Assembly: GCA_041489155.1 (NCBI GenBank)
Contig: JBGPQP010000001.1
Coordinates: 25,431-89,430 of the forward strand
Length of the DNA: 64,000 nt
Direction: 5' to 3'
Source: Candidatus Aenigmatarchaeota archaeon
GTDB taxonomy: Archaea; Aenigmatarchaeota; Aenigmatarchaeia; QMZP01; QMZT01
Shown: piece by piece, positions 57,933 to 64,000 of the stretch
Layout of the letters: every line of letters begins with the position of its first letter
Numbering within the stretch: position 1 is the stretch's first letter
Notes under the pieces: generated by a model
The model's database searches: none
Told to the model about the DNA's origin: nothing
Seen by the model: only the letters and a program-made list of their open reading frames with translations
Position numbers and translations under genes: made by a program

Positions 57933-59192
57933 ATGAAAATCATATCGGATCTGCACATCCATTCCCGTTTTTCCAGGGCGACAAGCAGCGACCTCAGCAT
58001 AGCCAATCTCGTGAAATACGCCAAGATGAAAGGCCTTCATCTTCTCGGTACTGGCGACTTCACCCATCCCGCCTGGCTCCAGGAGCTGAAAAACGAGCTG
58101 AAGGAAGACGGGACGGGAATACTAAAAACAGATGACGGGTTTCCTTTCATCCTTTCGGGCGAGATAGCGAGCATTTACAACCAGAATAATGCTCTGAGGA
58201 GAATACATAACATCCTGCTTTGTCCGGATTTTGCAACAGCCGAGCAGGTACATGAAACTCTGAAAGGGAAGCACGTCAAAATAGACGCTGACGGCAGGCC
58301 GATATGCGGCATCCGCTGCCCTGAATTGGTTGAAACCCTGAAAGGCATAAATCCAAGAATCGAAATTATTCCTGCCCACATATGGACGCCGTGGTTCTCG
58401 CTTTTCGGGTCGAAATCTGGTTTCGACCGTATAGGGGATTGTTTTCAGGATCAGACAAAAAACATACATGCGCTGGAGACAGGCTTGTCTTCGGATCCAG
58501 CCATGAACTGGCGGCTGTCACAGCTTGACGGGTTTTCTCTCGTTTCGTTTTCAGATTCCCATTCATTCTGGCCATGGAGGATCGGGAGAGAGGCGACGGT
58601 ATTTGATCTGAAACATGTCAACTATGACAATCTGATAAAGGCCTTGAGAACCGGGGATGGTTTAGTGGAGACGATAGAAGTCGACCCTTCTTATGGCAAA
58701 TATCATTATGATGGCCACAGGGACTGTAATGTTTCGCTCAGTCCGGAGGAATCGAAAAAATTGCGGAACATCTGCCCGGTGTGCGGGAGGCCGCTGACAA
58801 TAGGTGTTTTGCACCGTGTGGAAGAACTTGCAGACAGGCCGGAAGGCTTCACGCCCAAAGATTCAAGACCCTTTCGTTCCGTTGTCCCGTTATCGGAAAT
58901 AATATCTTTTGCTCTGGGGGCGAGCATGAGTTCTTCGAAGGTCTGGGGGGAATACAGCAGGCTCGTGGGCGCCTTCGGGTCCGAACTTGGAGTGTTGTTT
59001 GACGCAGATGAAGAGAAATTAAGAACTACAACAGAAAGTAAAATTGCAGAACTGATAAACAAGATGGGAAGCAGCAGGATAAAAATAAAGCCCGGATATG
59101 ATGGCGTGTACGGGGAAATCGAAACCGAAAGCGTGAGAAGATCTCAGAAAAAAAGTATAACAAAACCTCAAAAGAGGCTGGTTGATTTCTAA
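57933..59192 (+). CDS. Endonuclease Q family protein (PHP plus Zn ribbon)
   Basis: DLHIHSRFSRATS; GTGDFTHP; PAHIWTPW; ETGLSSD; GKYHYDGHRDC; CPVCG; PGYDGVYG. Confidence 0.92.
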   Translation: MKIISDLHIHSRFSRATSSDLSIANLVKYAKMKGLHLLGTGDFTHPAWLQELKNELKEDGTGILKTDDGFPFILSGEIASIYNQNNALRRIHNILLCPDFATAEQVHETLKGKHVKIDADGRPICGIRCPELVETLKGINPRIEIIPAHIWTPWFSLFGSKSGFDRIGDCFQDQTKNIHALETGLSSDPAMNWRLSQLDGFSLVSFSDSHSFWPWRIGREATVFDLKHVNYDNLIKALRTGDGLVETIEVDPSYGKYHYDGHRDCNVSLSPEESKKLRNICPVCGRPLTIGVLHRVEELADRPEGFTPKDSRPFRSVVPLSEIISFALGASMSSSKVWGEYSRLVGAFGSELGVLFDADEEKLRTTTESKIAELINKMGSSRIKIKPGYDGVYGEIETESVRRSQKKSITKPQKRLVDF

Positions 59193-60151
59193 ATATATGG
59201 TTTCCTTCCGATTACATTTACTGATGTGGATGCGTCCACGAAATAATCATATTCCAGTTTAAATATTAGGTTTTTCTGTATGTATTTGGCCGTGCTGCCA
59301 GGGGGTACCGGCATCTCAATTTCGCATGTCAGGGTCGCTGCTTGGCTCTTCCATAAATCAACAAGCATGCTTCTCTCGGGAATGCCTGAATTGCATATAA
59401 GATTGACCGAAACGTCACTTTCAAAAAAGAGTTTTGCCTTGTTCCAGTTGTCTGTTTTTTGACAGCCTTGTTGCTCGGGGTTGCAGACAACGCCGCCGCC
59501 TATGTTCTGTATTTTTATATTTATAGGGAAGTTGATCTTCCCCTCACCGCTCCAGTATCTTATGGGGCCGTTGACAACGATCTCCATGCTCACCGGACCG
59601 CTGGTCGTGCTGACATCCTCAAGGGGGAGTGATTCACCGCGTGTTTCAAGTGATATAAGTTCTTCCTGTGAGGCTATATTGACCGCTTTTATCGTGCTGG
59701 TCTTGTACATATAATAAGTTCTCATGCTCGGGTTGAAGGTTACAGAAATGCCTTCTGGTATGTTGGGTGGTGCTATGCAGTCCCATGTGCATGTTTTTGT
59801 TTCCCCCACTGTGCCACTCTCCTGATCAGGGGCCAGCAAAACCTCTTCAGAAGCGCATAAGTCAAAACGTTCTATGCATGAAATTTCTATTTTGTTGCCG
59901 CCAAATACGCTTTCTACATTGTAAAGCTTCATAAAAACATTTTCCGCGTCGGAAGCGCCGATATTTCTTATTTTCGCTCTTAATTCGAATGCTTCGCTGG
60001 CATAGATATCTTTCAGTGGGCTGACCTCAAAATTTTCTATAACAACGCCGCTGCCTGCGGCTATGTTGCCTCCGAAAAAGGTGCAACCTGAAATTAAAAC
60101 TGCTGCTAAAATTACAAGCAATGCCGCAGTAGCTGCCTGTAGCTTGGTCAT
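59189..60151 (-). CDS. Putative lipoprotein, paralog 4 of array
   Basis: Lipobox ISGC; GVVIENF; KIRNIG; TCTW; YMYKT; GPV; IQNIGGG; TLTC; YDY. Confidence 0.8.
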   Translation of the reverse strand: MTKLQAATAALLVILAAVLISGCTFFGGNIAAGSGVVIENFEVSPLKDIYASEAFELRAKIRNIGASDAENVFMKLYNVESVFGGNKIEISCIERFDLCASEEVLLAPDQESGTVGETKTCTWDCIAPPNIPEGISVTFNPSMRTYYMYKTSTIKAVNIASQEELISLETRGESLPLEDVSTTSGPVSMEIVVNGPIRYWSGEGKINFPINIKIQNIGGGVVCNPEQQGCQKTDNWNKAKLFFESDVSVNLICNSGIPERSMLVDLWKSQAATLTCEIEMPVPPGSTAKYIQKNLIFKLEYDYFVDASTSVNVIGRKPYI

Positions 60152-60187
60152 ATTTATAAAATGAGATTCAGCCTTTTATCCTTTCGG

Positions 60188-61177
60188 TCAGCCTGGCATT
60201 GTAGACGGTTTCACGTAAACTTCTGATGCTTTGTCTATGAAATAACCGTATTTTGCATTCAGTTCTATGTTCTTTTGAACAAGGCCTACGTATTGGCTGG
60301 TATCAGCGATTATTTTGCAAGAAATAGTCTGCGGATCTCCGCCGACAAGGAGTATATCTTCTGTGGTACCGCAAGAGCCTTGGGCCGGTTGAAACCCAAT
60401 CGGTAATACTATGTTCAGCTTAAGTTTATAAAGGTCGGGGTTTGTCATCAGGCCGCCTTCTTTTTTGCAGTTGGTGCTTTCTTCTAGGCAGACTGTTCCG
60501 CCGCCCACATTCTTTACCGTAATGACAATCGGAAATTCGACGCTGCTGCTGTACGTTCTTATCGGTGTTGTTGCCTCCATCTCTATGGATATGGGTGAAT
60601 TGGTCTTGCTGTACGCTTCCGTTGGCAGACTCTTGCCCTGATCCTGCAGTGTCTTGAGCTCGTCTTTTGAAACCAGAGTTACTGTTTTTATGGTAGTTGA
60701 CTTGTATGTGTAATAAAATCTTACCCTCGGATTCGCAGTTATGCTTAAACCCGGCAGAACTTCAGGGGCGATGTATCTCCAACTACATGTCGTTTCTCCG
60801 CCAGTTATGCCTGCATTCGTATCTTCTGGCAGAAGTCTTATTTGACGAGTGGTATATCTGCAATAATTTTCGTCCGGGAAGTTCTCGCCTGTGGGGTTTG
60901 AGGTGGTGCCAGCTGCTCTTCTCCATACCTGGTCCAAGCCAAGCAATTCAGCGAAGCCGTTTTCTGCTGTGACCGAGCCGGTGTTTTTCACCTTTAGCTT
61001 GAACGCGACAGTCTCACCTGAATTGACATTCTGGAAATCTGGGCCGAATTCCTCTACTATAACGCCCGTGCCTGGCGGTGTATCGGAATTGAAAGGTGTT
61101 ATCGACGGCAGAGTGCAGCCAGATGCCAGAATAATCGAGAAAATAGACAAAAACAAAATGGGATATTTATTGCTCAT
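60188..61177 (-). CDS. Putative lipoprotein, paralog 3 of array
   Basis: Lipobox ASGC; GVIVEEF; KVKNTG; TCSW; YTYKS; SPI; VKNVGGG; TISC; YGY. Confidence 0.8.
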   Translation of the reverse strand: MSNKYPILFLSIFSIILASGCTLPSITPFNSDTPPGTGVIVEEFGPDFQNVNSGETVAFKLKVKNTGSVTAENGFAELLGLDQVWRRAAGTTSNPTGENFPDENYCRYTTRQIRLLPEDTNAGITGGETTCSWRYIAPEVLPGLSITANPRVRFYYTYKSTTIKTVTLVSKDELKTLQDQGKSLPTEAYSKTNSPISIEMEATTPIRTYSSSVEFPIVITVKNVGGGTVCLEESTNCKKEGGLMTNPDLYKLKLNIVLPIGFQPAQGSCGTTEDILLVGGDPQTISCKIIADTSQYVGLVQKNIELNAKYGYFIDKASEVYVKPSTMPG

Positions 61178-61210
61178 GCTATATAATTTGGAAAAAAACA
61201 AATAAAAGGT

Positions 61211-62176
61211 TTAGAATTCTTCCATGCCTTTGACTGTTATCTGTGTTGAAGCGTCCACTGAGTAGAGGTAGTTGAGATTCACCTTGAAGTTGCCCTGTGT
61301 TCTGCTAGACGGCGGCTGCATTATCTGGAATTCGCATGTGACGTCTGTTGTTCTTCCGTCCCATATGTATACGAAAGTCCCTGTAGGCTGCGGCAGAAGC
61401 GTTGGCACATCAGTGTACAACGGCGTTCCCCATTGCGTCTGTGTCGGGCAATAGCCACCGACTGGCGAAACCCATGTCGGCCATTCGACCGATATCGCGA
61501 CCGGGTAGTTTCTGCCCCTTATCTGCCCTCCGCCTGTGTTATCAATTCTTATTTGCAACTGGAATCTGGCATCTGTGAGTTCTCTTGCCTTAACGAATGG
61601 ACCTGCGTTAACCGTGACCGTCAAAGGACCTGCCGTCTGTGACACGACTTCGCTGGTCAGTGATTCACCGGACTGGACGAGTCTCCTAAGCTCCTCGCTA
61701 GTCACAAACCATACAGGTTTTATTGCCTTGGTTTCATACAGGTAGTAAACTCTCGCCCTCACTGGATAGAGTTTCCTCTCACCCCTCTGAAGGGTCGGAG
61801 CGGTTAGTTCCCATGTTACCTTTCCCAGACCGCCTTCCGTCTGTGACTCTACGTCTGGTGCAAGAAGTGAACCAAGGTCCACGACTGTTGATGGTGTTAC
61901 GATCCATTCTGTGGGATCTATAGCCATTATCTCCGCGACTGCGGGTGCTCCTGATCCCATAAGGCCGTTGTAGTCTCCTCTGTTCCTCACTTCAAGCTGT
62001 AGTCCTACTGGTTCCCCTGATTCTATGGCAGTGTCTAGTGTTGGCAGGAATTTTTCTATCACGAGGCCCTGTCCTATTGCTGTCTGGTTGCCTCCTCCTA
62101 TGCAACCTGAAACTGGCAGTATAGCTAGCACGAATAACAGCGAAAGTAAATTCGTTTTTTTGAATGCGTCGGCCAT
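61211..62176 (-). CDS. Putative lipoprotein, paralog 2 of array
   Basis: Lipobox VSGC; GLVIEKF; EVRNRG; VTW; YLYET; GPL; IDNTGGG; DVTC; YLY. Confidence 0.8.
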   Translation of the reverse strand: MADAFKKTNLLSLLFVLAILPVSGCIGGGNQTAIGQGLVIEKFLPTLDTAIESGEPVGLQLEVRNRGDYNGLMGSGAPAVAEIMAIDPTEWIVTPSTVVDLGSLLAPDVESQTEGGLGKVTWELTAPTLQRGERKLYPVRARVYYLYETKAIKPVWFVTSEELRRLVQSGESLTSEVVSQTAGPLTVTVNAGPFVKARELTDARFQLQIRIDNTGGGQIRGRNYPVAISVEWPTWVSPVGGYCPTQTQWGTPLYTDVPTLLPQPTGTFVYIWDGRTTDVTCEFQIMQPPSSRTQGNFKVNLNYLYSVDASTQITVKGMEEF

Positions 62177-62210
62177 ATTTATTTTATACACAAATAAGCT
62201 TTTATATCTT

Positions 62211-63311
62211 TCACAGCTTTATTTTAGGCTCGACCGTTATCGACAACTCTTTTGTGAACTTATACCAGTAGCCGATTTCCGCGGTTATCTGGGAGGTGAG
62301 CTCCTGCTTTATTCTTGTTCTGTCTGCGGCTGTTATGGCACAGGAATATTTGGGCGTGGCTTTGCCTATGAAATTTATACTGATGATATCATTCCCGTTC
62401 GCCTTGCTTTTCAGGTGCGTTTCAATGCATCTGATTATTGCATTCTGGTTGCCGTTGGTGTCAATCGCGGTCACGAATTCACTGCTTATCTTAAGGCACA
62501 GCTTCTTCTGGCTTTGGTCCATGTTCTTGCAATCCGTTGTTGATATATCAACATTAGGTGTGGATGAGTCGGAAAGTTCTAATATGCCGCCGCCCTTGTT
62601 CTCTATCCAGAAGCTCATTATGCCTCCGCCCTGGTTTTTGACATCGCCTTCTGCATCAATTACCAGCGGCTGATTAAGCACTTCTATATATGGTTTGACC
62701 GGGCCTTCACCTATTGAAAGGATGCCTGTTTCTGAGAAGCTCTTGCCTTCGGAAATTATCCTTTCAAGCTCTGCCTTATTTACAAAGGTGACTGACGCGG
62801 TCGAAAATGTCCTGTATTTGTATTTGGCCATCACGCCCATTTTGCACGGGGTCTCTACGTTCAGGTTTTCCCTTGCTGTAAGTTTCCATTCGACAAGCGC
62901 CGTCGACTGCGGATGCATTTCTATTGTGCACTCTGACATGCCAGTTGCCGGGTTGTATCTTGGAGCGGTTGTGCCTGAGCAAAACTCACCGCTTACGCCT
63001 TCATTTTTTTCGTCCAAGCCAAAGAGGCCGCAATCGTTGTAAAGACCTATTGTGACTGTTGTTTTGTCGTATTCTGGGCTTTGCAGGTTCTTTACTACCG
63101 CCCTCAGGCGCATTGTCTGGCCTGCCCGGACGGTTGATGAAGGTATCGCCTGCAGGCTTTCTATCGAGATTACGTCATGTCGTTGTTCCTGTACACTAAC
63201 GCCGCCAAAAATGTCCGGCAAAAACGGAATTTCTATGTCAAGCAAAGGAACCGTGCAGCCAGAGCTTAACAACACCAGAAACAGCGCTGATAGGACTAGA
63301 ATCCTTTTCAT
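62211..63311 (-). CDS. Putative lipoprotein, paralog 1 of array
   Basis: Lipobox SSGC; VVKN; VEW; YKYRT; GPV; IENKGGG; YSC; YWY. Confidence 0.8.
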   Translation of the reverse strand: MKRILVLSALFLVLLSSGCTVPLLDIEIPFLPDIFGGVSVQEQRHDVISIESLQAIPSSTVRAGQTMRLRAVVKNLQSPEYDKTTVTIGLYNDCGLFGLDEKNEGVSGEFCSGTTAPRYNPATGMSECTIEMHPQSTALVEWKLTARENLNVETPCKMGVMAKYKYRTFSTASVTFVNKAELERIISEGKSFSETGILSIGEGPVKPYIEVLNQPLVIDAEGDVKNQGGGIMSFWIENKGGGILELSDSSTPNVDISTTDCKNMDQSQKKLCLKISSEFVTAIDTNGNQNAIIRCIETHLKSKANGNDIISINFIGKATPKYSCAITAADRTRIKQELTSQITAEIGYWYKFTKELSITVEPKIKL

Positions 63312-63372
63312 GATAATATATTATTCGACACGTGAGCATTTATTTTTATTGACAGCTCAGAAAGTATAGATT

Positions 63373-63864
63373 ATGAAAGGTCAGCTAATTTTCGAGTTCC
63401 TTATAGCCGGCTTCCTTTTTTTTGCAATTGTTCTCTATGCCATAAATTACATGAACGTGAACGTCACGGATTTCAAGGGCAAATTTTACCAGAGCCGGCT
63501 ACAGAGCAGGGCGGTTCAGATATCAGAGATTTTGATGGGTGGTACATCCTCAATGAGTCTTATGGACAACTCGGAATTTAACATCACGAAAATCCAGAAA
63601 TTTAATTCAACCTACTGTTCTTTCGAGAACTACAATAAACTGGTAAACGACCTGTATCTTTATGAAACGACCGGTTTCGCTATCCTGCCTGATAATATCA
63701 GGATAGAACTCGCTTCAATACAGTCAGGCGTATTGCTTGCCTGCGGACCCAACTTCCCGAGGGGCGCACCTACAGGAAGTGCAAAAGCAGAGATAGGAAG
63801 GGTTGGTATGCTGCAAAACGGGTCTGCAAAAGAAACTATGAAATTGATGGTTGTTGTGTGGTAG
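63373..63864 (+). CDS. Pilin-like protein with class III signal peptide
   Basis: MKG/QLIFEFLIAGFLFFAIVLY with Glu at +5. Confidence 0.78.
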   Translation: MKGQLIFEFLIAGFLFFAIVLYAINYMNVNVTDFKGKFYQSRLQSRAVQISEILMGGTSSMSLMDNSEFNITKIQKFNSTYCSFENYNKLVNDLYLYETTGFAILPDNIRIELASIQSGVLLACGPNFPRGAPTGSAKAEIGRVGMLQNGSAKETMKLMVVVW

Positions 63865-63929
63865 GCGGATTTCTCGTGGTTTCTGCTCGCACTCGGATGG
63901 AATATTAATTAATGCACCAATATATTTAC

Positions 63930-64000
63930 ATGAAAATAATTGTGGTTGGCGGCGGTAAACTGGGCGAAACGCTTTCGAAAATTCTTGTCAAGGAAAGGCA
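63930..64000 (+). CDS. trkA: TrkA-family NAD-binding protein (partial)
   Basis: MKIIVVGGGKLGETLSKILVKER Rossmann motif; truncated by the window end. Confidence 0.7.
   Translation, partial: MKIIVVGGGKLGETLSKILVKER

Noticed and set aside
57897..58067. N-terminal extension of the small membrane ORF
   Set aside because: Overlaps the EndoQ-family gene; ATG at 57896 follows an AT-rich promoter region.
1..64000. CRISPR array, integrase, transposase, rRNA or intein
   Set aside because: No regularly spaced repeats or mobility motifs were seen; RadA, RtcB and ligase are of normal length.

Overview
Gene-dense archaeal chromosome segment. It is most consistent with a DPANN archaeon, possibly Aenigmarchaeota-like; this is inferred from gene content, heavy ATA codon use and a tRNA-Ile(UAU). 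Most genes are housekeeping: DNA ligase, RPA, RadA, DnaG, Rpo4, Pus10, eL21, eS17, eS26, uL1/uL10/P1, GlyRS, PheRS, AlaRS, CCA enzyme, RtcB/archease, thermosome and PPDK. A type IV/Tad-like pilus system (two ATPases, two platform proteins, at least five class III signal-peptide proteins) is scattered among them, along with an array of four paralogous lipoproteins and several uncharacterised genes. There are three RNA genes: two intron-containing tRNAs and an SRP (7S) RNA. The most striking observation is a 32-nt insertion in the SRP54-binding helix 8 loop of the SRP RNA. It forms a bulge-helix-bulge-like motif, and standard cleavage of that motif would restore the canonical GUC-GGAA-GAC hairpin exactly, so it is a candidate spliced intron in SRP RNA. 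The same RNA appears to lack helix 6. Other oddities are an in-frame Pus10-eL21 fusion with degenerate Pus10 motifs and an eS26 homologue. I saw no CRISPR array, rRNA or mobile element. All calls come from reading the sequence by eye; no searches were run.
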